Assembly: GCF_001194135.2 (NCBI RefSeq)
Contig: NC_068982.1
Span: forward strand, 174,479,545-174,542,505
Length of the DNA stretch: 62,961 nucleotides
Source: Octopus bimaculoides
Taxonomy: Eukaryota
Reading direction: 5' to 3'
The position numbers and the translations under genes are program-made. The notes below the pieces were generated by a model. That model saw nothing but the letters and a program-made list of their open reading frames with translations. It made no database searches and was not told the origin of the DNA. Positions within the stretch are counted from its first letter, which is position 1. Every line of letters begins with the position of its first letter. Below, in pieces: positions 1 to 11,829 of this stretch.

Positions 1-103
1 CGCATGTCTGTGAATTGCTCGGCCACTTGCACGTTAAATTTACGAACAGGCCTTTCCGTTCATCGGATCAACTGGAAGTCTTCGTCATAACCGACGGAGT
101 GCC
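1..103 (+). mobile_element. 3' tail of SINE family C
   Basis: Matches the 3' end of the full copies at 15582-15982 and 51826-52209 (…cagccacttgcacgtt…gatcaactggaa…cgtcgtaagcgacggagtgcca); runs into (GT)n. Confidence 0.85.
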
Positions 104-451
104 AGTTTGTGTCTGTATGTGTGTGTGTATGAGTGTGTGCGTGTGGGCGTGCGTGCGTGCGTGCGTGTATGCGTTTTTGTGTGCGTATGCATGTGTGTGC
201 GTGTGTTTGTGTGTGTGTGTGTGTGTGCGTGTGTGTGTACGTGTGTGTGTGTGTGTGTGTGTAGTGTATAAATAGATGTACGATTGGTTCTGTTAAAATT
301 AGAGCTTCACTTAAATTTTCATAGTCCGGTCTGTTTTCCGTAGAGTAGTTAAGCAACTATACTGAAAACAGTATATTTAATATTGTTTCATTTTCTCAGT
401 AATTGTTCCAAGGTTGTAACGAGCAACTACACACACACACACACACACACA

Positions 452-830
452 CAGATTGCTAATCCGGCAACTGCTATTCTGGCACGGAGAGTAATCCGGC
501 ACAAAATTCAGCTGACCTAATTATGATTTCTTATTTTCCGGGTTATCGTATCAGCCTTCCGCTAATGTTTGATGGCGTTAATTGCTGCATAAACACATTG
601 TCGGCAATGGTATCCCAATTGGTGTTGTCTTATTCCATTTGTTATTATAGCCAGTCCACTTTAGGACGGTCACGATTCCAGTGAATAGAGTAAATGCTTC
701 TCGAAAGGTAAGGCGCGGACACTGGATATTTTCCATTAAAGGTAAGGTTGAACTTTTGAAAACTTTTAATAGCAGTGTGTCTGTAAAAAGTTTATTTCAG
801 TTATACAGCTCTTCAACAGTTAATGAATGA
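452..830 (+). mobile_element. pogo/Tigger (jerky-like) transposon relic, 5' part
   Basis: About 730-830 translates FSIKGKVELLKTFNSSVSVKSLFQLYSSSTVNE, resembling the N-terminal psq-type HTH of Tigger/jerky transposases; repeated TAATCCGGCA subterminal-like motifs near 452-500. Confidence 0.55.
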
Positions 831-835
831 TATTC

Positions 836-1070
836 TTATTTCTTTATTACCCACAAGGGGCTAAACATAGAGGGGACAAACAAGGACAGACAAAGGGATT
901 AAGTCGATTACATCAACCCCAGTGCGTAACTGGTACTTAATTTATCGACCCCCGAAAGGATGAAAGGCAAAGTCGACCTCGGCGGAATTTGAACTCAGAA
1001 CGTAACTGCAGACGAAATACCGCTAAACATTTCGCCCGGCGTGCTAACGTTTCTGCCAGCTCACCGCCTT
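836..1070 (-). mobile_element. SINE family A, full length (tail of a second copy follows at 1071-1138)
   Basis: Reverse complement of GGCGGTGAGCTGGCAGAAACGTTAGC…GAGTTCAAATTCCGCCGAGGTCGACTTTGCCTTTCATCCTTTCGGGG-GTCGATAAATTAAGTACCAG; Pol III A/B-box-like head. Confidence 0.92.
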
Positions 1071-1705
1071 CTTTTCTACTCCAGGCACAGGGCCCAAAAT
1101 TTTGAAGGAAGGGACCAGTCGGTTAGATCGAACCCAGTNNNNNNNNNNNNNNNNNNNNNNNNNNNNNNNNNNNNNNNNNNNNNNNNNNNNNNNNNNNNNN
1201 NNNNNNNNNNNNNNNNNNNNNNNNNNNNNNNNNNNNNNNNNNNNNNNNNNNNNNNNNNNNNNNNNNNNNNNNNNNNNNNNNNNNNNNNNNNNNNNNNNNN
1301 NNNNNNNNNNNNNNNNNNNNNNNNNNNNNNNNNNNNNNNNNNNNNNNNNNNNNNNNNNNNNNNNNNNNNNNNNNNNNNNNNNNNNNNNNNNNNNNNNNNN
1401 NNNNNNNNNNNNNNNNNNNNNNNNNNNNNNNNNNNNNNNNNNNNNNNNNNNNNNNNNNNNNNNNNNNNNNNNNNNNNNNNNNNNNNNNNNNNNNNNNNNN
1501 NNNNNNNNNNNNNNNNNNNNNNNNNNNNNNNNNNNNNNNNNNNNNNNNNNNNNNNNNNNNNNNNNNNNNNNNNNNNNNNNNNNNNNNNNNNNNNNNNNNN
1601 NNNNNNNNNNNNNNNNNNNNNNNNNNNNNNNNNNNNNNNNNNNNNNNNNNNNNNNNNNNNNNNNNNNNNNNNNNNNNNNNNNNNNNNNNNNNNNNNNNNN
1701 NNNNC

Positions 1706-1990
1706 TCCGACAGACACCTCTTCTCCAGCTACACCTTCCTTTTCAAAGGAAGATAAAGTTGTCTGTCTTAATCCATTTTATCCTAGTCTTCCAAACTGCC
1801 TCTTTCGCAATTGCTATAACCGTGAGAAAACAATTCTTACCTTCGTTTGTTAAAACTTCCGATGAGTCAATTTTTATAATTGACTCAGTCGACACCCGTA
1901 CTCTTCCTTCGCAGGACAACAGGTGTTCAGCATAAGCCCACATTTCAGGTATCTCCGAAAACTGGACAATAGCGTGATCAACCAGGAAAT
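1706..1990 (-). mobile_element. L1/Tx1-like LINE ORF2 C-terminal fragment
   Basis: ORF 1743-1997(-): DHAIVQFSEIPEMWAYAEHLLS…IAIAKEAVWKTRIKW resembles the region after the zf-RVT knuckle in Tx1/L1 ORF2; recognised by eye only. Confidence 0.5.
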
Positions 1991-2164
1991 AACACAAAAA
2001 GAGTCAATAGAAACTTGCACTCCAATAATAATTACCAATAAATCCAAACTCACACAGACGAAATACCACTAAGCATTTCGCTCGGCGTGTTAACGTCTCT
2101 GCCAGCTCGCTGCTTTAGTTAAAGAACGATATTAAGAAACTTAGACAAAATAAATTCTGTTTTG

Positions 2165-2505
2165 TTTTTTTTTTGTCTTGCTGATAGTAATTCAACGGGC
2201 AAGACTTCGAAAAGAGAACAATAAAGATGGGAGAAGTTCTGAATTAGATCACGATGTAATGCAACTGTTTAGGCCGGTATTGAGTTGTCTGAAGATCTAA
2301 TGAAAAGTCTATGCCAAATGTTTTGTGAAGAGTTAGGCCTAAAGTATTATTACAGTGACGGTTGGTTGAAGCGTTTCATGGATCAGTATGGCTTTAATGT
2401 CTCGGGCAATCTGTGGTAGAAAACGTTCAACGGACAAAGAAGCGGCTGTTAAATCTCTTAGCGAATCTGAAGGCTTAGTTGACTTCGGTGGTATTTGAAA
2501 TCTGA
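2165..2505 (+). mobile_element. pogo/Tigger transposase relic, CENP-B-type HTH part
   Basis: Frameshifted translation KDGRSSELDHDVMQLF…FCEELGLKYYYSDGWLKRFMDQYG…AICGRKRSTDKEAA matches the Tigger/jerky 'S.GWL.RF..R.G…GE..SAD..AA' motif. Confidence 0.75.
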
Positions 2506-2577
2506 ACGCAAAGAACGAGAAGAAATACTGTGAAGTTTTTTTCCGACACTCTGACGATTCTGCTAATTCACCACCTC

Positions 2578-2790
2578 CTCTAATAACGGTTTCAAATTTT
2601 AGTACAAGACCAGCAATTTTGAGGGAGGGGGTAAGTCGATTACATCGACCAAAGTGATGAAAGTCGACCCCGAAACGATGAAAGGCAAAGTCGACCTCTG
2701 CAGAATTTGAACTCAGAATATTAAGGTAGATGAAATGCCGCTAAGCATTTTGCCCGGCGCGGTAACGACTCTGCCAGGTCGCCATCCTGA
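2578..2790 (-). mobile_element. SINE family A
   Basis: Same central domain (gatgaaaggcaaagtcgacctc…gaatttgaactcag) on the minus strand. Confidence 0.85.
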
Positions 2791-2972
2791 CCACCTCCTC
2801 TAATAACGAACAGTCAAATATTTCAAGTCACACCCTAAATTGCATGTCATGAAAATTGAGGGACACGTTGAATAATGTCGTCCTAGAAAGCTTATGTCTG
2901 AGAGAGAAAAAAAAACTGAACATGTCTGTAATGCTTTTGATTACAGATCTACTCAGCCGCAGTTGATGAGGG

Positions 2973-3626
2973 GGATCTATTTCAAAACGGGGGCACCAGT
3001 TTTCATTTATGTTTTATGTAGTGTTTTTGGTACCGAAAGACTTTCAAACTTCGTATACTTATCTATTTTGTGTTATAGAACAGAAAAAAAATTTTGTATT
3101 CGAGTTTATTTCATGTAAAAATTGTCTTATTTCGATAATTTCTACTAATCACTGACGTCTATTCAGTTGAAAACAGTTAGCGCTGTAACGGTGTATATCG
3201 TATTAATCCCCTAACCCTAACTAGACTGCTAACCCTAACCCTAACCCTAACCCTAAAACTAACCCTAACTCTAGAATCCGAACTCTAAAATTGTTACACA
3301 CATAGATACGCACAGCGTAATTTATTATATAAACAATATATGCGTATAAATTACGATTAAACCGGATGAAATATGTCACAGGGAATAACATTTTTATGAC
3401 CGCCCAGCAGTAACTCTATTCAGCTGAATAGACGTCAGTGATTGGTTGAAATTACAGAAATACGACAACTTTAACATGGAATAACTTGCGATGTACGTTT
3501 TTTTGTTAAGAAGACTAGGAGTAAAAGATGTTTTATATGACACATTCTACCAGTGTCCCAAGTTTCAAAGTGTTTCGTTAGTGTTTCGTTAAGAAAATAC
3601 TGGTGCCCCCGTTTTGAAATAGATCC
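2973..3626. mobile_element. MITE / non-autonomous DNA transposon with 28-bp perfect TIRs and internal (CCCTAA)n
   Basis: Left GGATCTATTTCAAAACGGGGGCACCAGT, right ACTGGTGCCCCCGTTTTGAAATAGATCC; flanks GATGAGGG / TATGAGGA share ATGAGG; internal imperfect IR about 3106-3186 vs 3405-3486; CTAACC repeats about 3208-3270. Confidence 0.88.
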
Positions 3627-5309
3627 TATGAGGAACTAAACAACAACGAAACAACAAACTAGAAGACAGTAATATTTTAATCCTATTCCCCTCTCTCTAC
3701 ATTTCAGTTAACCTTCTAGCATGGGGATTCAGTACGAACCTGTTATCGTACAACCTATAGATTATTGAATCCAATTAAAACCACCAGGAACAAGAAGTGA
3801 AATACCGAGTGCGATAAATATAAACTTCATACGAACTGTTATTTTTAATCGTCTTTAAAACTCCCCTCTGAAAACGCGAACAAAATTATTTCAGTACACC
3901 ACAAACACCTTGATGTGACGAGATGTAAATATTTTTAGCACCTCGTCTCTCAAGAATTTCCCTACATAATCGAAAAGTCCATTTATTTTAATTTGCTATT
4001 AACGAGGTAAAAAAAAAAAAAAATTTCACTTTTTCCTTTTTGATTTTGATTTTGATTTTGATTGCTTGTTTGTTGTTATTGTTACTGTTGTTATTTTCCT
4101 TCCAGATGAGGGAAGGGGTGTTCTGATTTAGTTTTCGATCTTTGTTCTTCATTCTCTTGCACTTCTCACTTATCTCTCTTTACCCCTCTATCTCTTCATC
4201 TCGCCTTCTCCTCCTTCTTTCCCTTTTTCTCTTTCTTTTCCTTTTTTTCTTTTCCCTCTTTTTCTTCTTTTTCTTCTTGTCTTCTTCCTCTTTCTGTTCC
4301 TCTTCCTTTTACTTCTGCTGCTCTTTCCTTTCTTTCTTTTTCTTTTCCCTCTTTTCTTCTTTTCTTTCTTTTTCCTTCCTTTCTTCCTTTCATCTTAAAA
4401 CCTACATTCTCCACAACCTGTCTCCTATTAGATTTCGACAGTACCACACCACACTACCAGAACCCACATACAAACCTTCAAGCATAAACACATACACAGC
4501 ACTACAGACCCGTTCACTTAAACACAGATACGCCCGTGTAACCGCATTCATAAATACACATACACACACACACACATACACAAACACACACACACTAAAA
4601 CACTAACACACACATAGCCATATAAAAACTGATATAAACAACACAGGCATAATTACATATATCCATAGAGACATACATTCATGCATACGTATGCAAATTT
4701 GTGTAAGCATTAGCATAAATAAGTCTTATTTGTATATGCATATGAAAGTATATCTATATGTGCATACGCGCATCAATATATGTACATGATATACNNNNNN
4801 NNNNNNNNNNNNNNNNNNNNNNNNNNNNNNNNNNNNNNNNNNNNNNNNNNNNNNNNNNNNNNNNNNNNNNNNNNNNNNNNNNNNNNNNNNNNNNNNNNNN
4901 NNNNNNNNNNNNNNNNNNNNNNNNNNNNNNNNNNNNNNNNNNNNNNNNNNNNNNNNNNNNNNNNNNNNNNNNNNNNNNNNNNNNNNNNNNNNNNNNNNNN
5001 NNNNNNNNNNNNNNNNNNNNNNNNNNNNNNNNNNNNNNNNNNNNNNNNNNNNNNNNNNNNNNNNNNNNNNNNNNNNNNNNNNNNNNNNNNNNNNNNNNNN
5101 NNNNNNNNNNNNNNNNNNNNNNNNNNNNNNNNNNNNNNNNNNNNNNNNNNNNNNNNNNNNNNNNNNNNNNNNNNNNNNNNNNNNNNNNNNNNNNNNNNNN
5201 NNNNNNNNNNNNNNNNNNNNNNNNNNNNNNNNNNNNNNNNNNNNNNNNNNNNNNNNNNNNNNNNNNNNNNNNNNNNNNNNNNNNNNNNNNNNNNNNNNNN
5301 NNNNNNNNN

Positions 5310-5357
<48 letters not shown>

Positions 5358-6205
5358 TATATATATATGTATATATATAACATGCATACATACATATATA
5401 TATATGATACATATATATAAATATAAATATATAACATACATATATACGCTTATGTATATATATACATATATTTACGCAAACATAAATGCGTGAGTGCATA
5501 TATGTAGGTATGTATGTATACATTCAATCATATATACATGTTTTTTATGCATGTATGTATGAAAGTATGTGTGTATATGTGTGTGTGTGTGTGTATGTGT
5601 GTGTGTATAGGTACACGTTAATGTATGTAATGAATTGAGTAATTACAAATAACTCTTCTAGTTTGCATTGTGACATACTTGCAGTTTTAATTGGCACCAA
5701 TTTATGAATGTATAAAAAAAAAATAATAATGATGATCGTGATAATGTTTGCTGGCATGTTCCGTATTAAGCAAGATTGTTTATTTTTCGTTTCTTATATA
5801 GCTATTTGCTTATTGTATTTTATAATTAGCCACATTCTACAAAAAAAAAAACTTTGATAAACATGCAAAACACGACAGTTTTTTGGCTTTTTAAAAAATT
5901 TTAGTGAGGTTTTTTTTTTAGAAAATTCATTTACGTAAAGTATCTGTGTATGTATATGTGTGTTGTGTGAGTGTTGTGTGCGCATGTGTGTATTTATGTG
6001 TTTGAGTGTGTAGAGAGAGAGATGCGGATGTGTGTTTGTATGTTTGTGGGTATTTCTATGTCACTGTGACACAGAATGAAATGTGTTCTTTCTCCTGTGT
6101 GGTTGCTTATGTGTGTATGCGCGTATGTATGTATCATACATGTATTACATACATGCTTTTGTAGTGTATATATGTACATGTTTATTACATGTGTGTATAA
6201 AATGA

Positions 6206-6241
<36 letters not shown>

Positions 6242-9200
6242 AATCCATTACAGTGGATTAATGAGTTATGATACTGAAATCAAATACACAATTCAAAAGA
6301 AAATATATTTTATTTTTCAGTGAAAAGAGCTGAAGCGTCGGTTTTGCTTATAGGTTCTCTTCCTTTCACCGCTAATACTGATGCGAAAAGGCATTAGTGT
6401 CACAGCATCCTATTTCTCCTCTTTTGAAAATAGGAATTCGCATGCTTTTTTCTTCTTTTAAACAACACTGTATATATTGTCTACTTAAATTGACAGTTCT
6501 CTTCCGTATTATAGATTTTGTTACAGGTATTTTTTGTGACTCTGAATAAAAGATATTCAAATTTGACAGCAGTAAAGGACAATCAGAGTCTACGGAAATG
6601 GTCACAGTCTGCATTGGAAAAATTTACTCTGTGAATGTCGTAAGATGTGGAAAGAACAGGAATTTGACATTTTGCAACTGTCCCTTCGACTTACAATCTT
6701 CACCAAATTTTGAAGTAGTACCAAGTCTGCTAGAAAATCGTCAGTTGATAATCTGGCGGGGTTTTTTGGTTTCTTTTTCATGGCTAAGGCTCCAGGTTTA
6801 AAGCTTTGATCAAATCAAAGAATGTTTCGAGGAGAAAACAACTCTAATGTTCCTCATGACAGCGTTATTGAGCTATACATTGCAAAGTCGATCGCTTAAC
6901 GCACTCCTAGCAAAAAGGTCATTGTTTTCATTTGTTATGGACAAGTCACTTAACATTCCCAAACCCACTCAATCTAGTTTGTATAGAGACATTAAGTTTA
7001 CCTTCGGCTTTTCACAGAAAGAAACAGAAGTTAAAAAATAATAAATTTCTTATCGAAGCGTATGAAAAAGACTGTTGGTGAATAAATAATACATTTGAAT
7101 GTATAAAATAAATGTCAGGATATTACTGGTGTTTGTTTTATCCAACATAGAGGTATGAAACACAAATTCGGCCACAGTGATGCTTGAACTCAGACAGATG
7201 ATAATCAAATTATATAAGACTTATAGTTTGAAGCTTTACTTATTCTTCAAACTTTCTTCTCTAAGAGAATTCAATGAGTGTTTTATTACTTTACCGTACT
7301 AAGTTCAATTTAAATATTTAATCGTGTGTTATGGCAGTAGATTAGCAGAATTCTTAGAACAAAAGTTGATAAAACGTAGTTTAGTGATAAAGCAGTGTTA
7401 TAATTTGCTTGAAGCATTGTAATGTTAGTGAATAATATAAACGTTTGAAAACCTGTTAAGCAATGCAGTTGAGAAATTAGGCAAAATGTGTAAAGTAATG
7501 TTAATAAATGAAAAGAAAGAGAAAAGATATTGTTTTATCTTAAATAGATTATTTAATGATCCTCGTAACATTTCGGGGTAAGATTCCCTTTTCAAATAGA
7601 AGAAAGAAAATAATCAAAGAGTTCAGAGAAATGAATCGTTAACGCTGGCCAGTCTAATGTGTTATAAGTTATAGGGTCATTAAGTAATCTATATAAGGTA
7701 ATACAATATCTTTTCTCTTTATATTCATTTGTTGACACTCATACTTTATAGTGAGATTGATTTCATCAGCTATATTCTTCTTTGAAAATGTGTGAGCATT
7801 GGCTCAAAATTGGAAGGAATTAACAATAAATTACAAATCTGAAACATTGTATGATGAATGCTTTTTATTATTAGGCTTCTTTCTCTCTCTCTCTCTCTCT
7901 TGCTCTCCTTCTCGCTTTCTCTTTCTCTCTCTCTTNNNNNNNNNNNNNNNNNNNNNNNNNNNNNNNNNNNNNNNNTTCTTTCTCTCTCTCTCTCTCTCTT
8001 GCTCTCCTTCTCGCTTTCTCTTTCTCTCTCTCTTTTTATGTGTGTGTAAGTGTTTGCATGAGTGTGTGAATAAGTGTATGCTTCCTTCGTTTAGCCTCAT
8101 CTTTAAGTCGAACTTAGTGAGAGTTTAGTGGTTGGCTCGGAGCATTTGGCAGTGCACTGTCAGGATTATTAATATTGTGCAGCACCGCAAAAGCAAGACA
8201 TATGAACATTGTTATAAATTCATTACGACTGCAATTCTTTCCTGGATCACAGGGTTCCATGATGCCGATGGTTATTTGTAGTTTCCGTAGCGCTAAGTTG
8301 ACGAGAAGTTAATCACAACTGTCGGATAAGATGCTTTTCTATAGCAAGTTGCACTACCTGTCAGAGGGATTGACTTCAGTACTGGAAACCAATGAAACAG
8401 TCGTAAATTTCACAATGTTCCTGCAGACTGAAACGGTAAATTATATCCATCATGTGATATCTAAATAGTACTAGGTGTACTCAGCCTTTGAGAGTGAAAA
8501 ATATTGGTTATAGAGAAACAGTAGCACCGGTGACATAATATGAACTGATAATTCTTCAGCCGGAAGTTGAGCATCACATAACCTAGGCCCAGCTGCGACA
8601 CTGATATAAAATCCTAATCTAAACTAATTAATGCATACAAAATATTCCTATATTGATTTAGTAGGTAACACCTGCGCTTTTACCAGCTAATTATTGATCA
8701 GGTTCCATTGTAATTCGAGTTTAAATGTAAAAGAAACAATATGAAGGCGACATAAAAATATACTGAATAGAAAACAATTTAAATACTATTGTTAATTAAA
8801 ACAGATTTTGAAAAAATAATCATGGGGATTTAAATTTGATATCCTACATTATTCATCATCTCTTTTTGCTTTTTCCATTTTGTCATCGGTCCAACTATTA
8901 GCATGGTCGGTCCTCAGTTCGTTTTCTGTCCCCGCACCGTGCTTTGTCCATCACTAAGACATTTATTTAACTCTTGGTTAGCCCATTGGTAGAGTATTTT
9001 ACAACTGTAAGCAGTATGATTACTGCATAATTAAGGAATATTTTATTAGCCTCTAGTACTGAGTCCAATGAAAGATACGACGAAGGCTAAAGGAAGAAGA
9101 TATAATGCTAAATTTTGGAGAGAAGTTAGCAACTAATCAAGTCTATTCGCTTTGACGCTGCATCTGATCTTAGTTCCCGATATAAACTATTGTTGTTGTT

Positions 9201-9782
9201 GTTTGTTTGTCTGTATGTTTGTTTGTTGTCGTTATTTAAGTCCATATCAACCTTAATTAGGCAGAGCTGTATTTTTTTTTTATTAGAATTGAAATATTCA
9301 ATATGTCTTTTTTATTTCTAAGACTAAAAGATAGTTTTGCGGGGGAAAATTTGTCTACTATTTTTACCTAATCAAGAGATTAGCTAGAGGATTCGTGATC
9401 TATTTCATGTAATGATTTGAATGCACCCAATCATATATTGTTGAAATTAACATGCTCTGGTATCCACATGTAAAAAATAATGTGTAATTTCAATCGATCC
9501 GCCTGATTTGTTTTTCATTCAGAATACTTAATTATTTTTAAGATTCTACTGAGAACTCCACAGATACAGAATAAGAAACAGTGCCTTGTCATATTTAATT
9601 TCGTTTATATAAGTTCTAATCATAAATGCTGTCCGGACAAGTTTTGATTTTTAGCTTTTCTGGAATCTACAAAATACATATCGATGTACTTATTAAAATT
9701 AATATGTAATTTATGTTTAGAAATATATTAAATAATTCATTGGATAATATGGGCCATTTTAATCATTTAATATATATGAATG

Positions 9783-9985
9783 TGAAGGCGGTGAGCTGGC
9801 AGACACGTTAGCACCCCGGGCGAAATGCTTAGCGGTATTTCGTCTGTCTTTACGTTCCGCCGAGGTCGACTTTGCCTTTCATCCTTTCAGGGTCGATAAA
9901 TTAAGTACCAGTTGCGTACTAGGGTCGATCTAATCGACTGGCCCGTTCCCCCAAAATTTCGAGCCTTGTGCCTAGAGTAGAAAAG
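9783..9985 (+). mobile_element. SINE family A
   Basis: ggcggtgagctggcagacacgttagc…gccgaggtcgactttgcctttcatcc…ccttgtgcctagagtagaaaag; small internal deletion of the B-box. Confidence 0.9.
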
Positions 9986-10665
9986 AGAAAAAAAAAAGAA
10001 TATGAGTGTGTCTGTATGTTTGTAAGCACGTATATCTATGTATGTATATGCTTATGTGTGTTTGCGTGCGCGTGTGTGTGTGTGTGTTAGTTAATGAGTG
10101 TGTGAGTGTGTGTGAACGTTTGTATGCGTTGTTGTGTTAATCCTTCATCAGAAATGACTGGAGTCGTAAGTATTTCAGATTTTGTATAGTTGTATATTTG
10201 CATGTATAAAGAGGGCTGTTTAGGATGGGATTCAAGTCTTAAACGCGTTATTCATTTACAGTTTATACGTATACCATGAGTGTAATTTTATATAGATTCT
10301 GTTTTGCTACAGTTTCGCTCGACATGTACCATTTTCACTTTAGAACCGTTTCGATTTTCATCAAAACGATTCCGGTTGTTACAAAATTTACTGCTAATTC
10401 ACCACATAAAACGTCACTTTGGTTACTTACACTTTCATTTCATGCTCACCTGTGATGTGTTTTATGCTTTTACCTTCCTGGGTAACTCCCACATTGCAAA
10501 AAGTGTTGCCATTAGTTTATGGCTTTATATCATATGTTTACATTTTTAATTAATGGGCACAAGTAACAGAGTGACTCTCAGCCCTTGAATCACTCTGTCA
10601 CTTCTGACGATCATTAATAAAGACAGCATATATATGAACAACTTACTGTGCGCTTCCAACTGGTT

Positions 10666-10817
10666 AGGCGTAGGCGTGGCTGTGTGGGAAGAAGCTTACT
10701 TCCCAACCTCATGGTTCCGTGTTCATTGTTACAGCGTGGTACTTTGAGCAAATGTCTTCTACCAAAGCTTTGTGAGTGGACTTAGAAGATGGAAACGGAA
10801 AGAAGCCCGTCGTATAT

Positions 10818-10860
<43 letters not shown>

Positions 10861-11045
10861 TGCATATATATATGTCCCCTGACTCCGCTTGACAACCCAG
10901 CAAAATGAGACCGATATGATAAGTACCAGTCTTAAAGATCAAAATAAATACTGAGGTCGATTCATTCGAAAAAAAAGACTACTTCAAGGCGGTGCTCCAG
11001 CATTACCGGAGTTTAATGACTAAAACAGATAAAAGATAAAAGATA
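10666..11045 (+). mobile_element. SINE family B (CORE-like) with internal (GATA)n
   Basis: aggcgtaggcgtggctgtgtgg…gcttacttcccaacc…ggtactttgagcaaatgtcttctac…aagaagcccgtcgtatat…ggcggtgctccagcat; homologous to 20291-20867. Confidence 0.85.
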
Positions 11046-11829
11046 TACTCACGTTTTTTGTTGTTTTTTTTTGTTTTATATCTTACTGTTTGCATCACCA
11101 TACCTATGTATGTATGTATGTATGTATGTATGTGCGTTTGTATGCATGAGTATGTGTGAATGTATGTATGTATGTATGTATGTATGTATGTATGTATGTA
11201 GGTATGTAGGTATTTATGTATGTATGTATGTATGTAGGTATGTATGCATGTATGTATGTAGGTATGTATGCATGTATGCATGTATGTATGTATGTATGTA
11301 TGTATGTAGGTATGCATGCATGTATGTATGTATGTATGTATGTGTTAACCTTTCGGTTGGGAAAATGTTTGTGAATATGTACAGAAGTATGACATCACGA
11401 TATCAGGTGATCTCACTGCATTATCTAGATATGCGAGAACAACTTCAAAGTCATGATTTTTACAAGGAAAAACAAAACAATGGTATTCACAGCTTACTTT
11501 CTCTTGTAATTTATATTCATCATTCATATAAAATTTTCTTTGCCTTTTGAATTTTAATTTCCTCTCGTTTTTCATGTTTGAAAGTTACGTACTAAACTAA
11601 TGTTTGCTGAAATCATTATAATTGTTGTTCCTTGAGCAAATTCTATTGTTGTTACTTGTTACATATGCTGTTAGCACTGCTGCTACTGAGGTCATATAAC
11701 TTCCTTGACGCATCTAATTTTCTCTTCTGTGTACGTAGATATACCTTGTACTAAAGCAGTTTTTATTGTTATGATTAATGTGATTAATGCTTTCTTTTGA
11801 TGTTGCCGTTTTACCTTATCTAAACAATT

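Noticed and set aside
6320-7041. Unique, moderately GC-rich block with short ORFs
   Set aside because: Stops in every frame within about 35-80 codons and no recognisable motif; may be UTR or old repeat.
7878-8035. Duplicated CT-rich segment
   Set aside because: Identical text on both sides of a short N gap; assembly artefact.
8129-8467. Frame with one stop (GWLGAFGSALSGLL…)
   Set aside because: No convincing splice sites or homology; compatible with chance.
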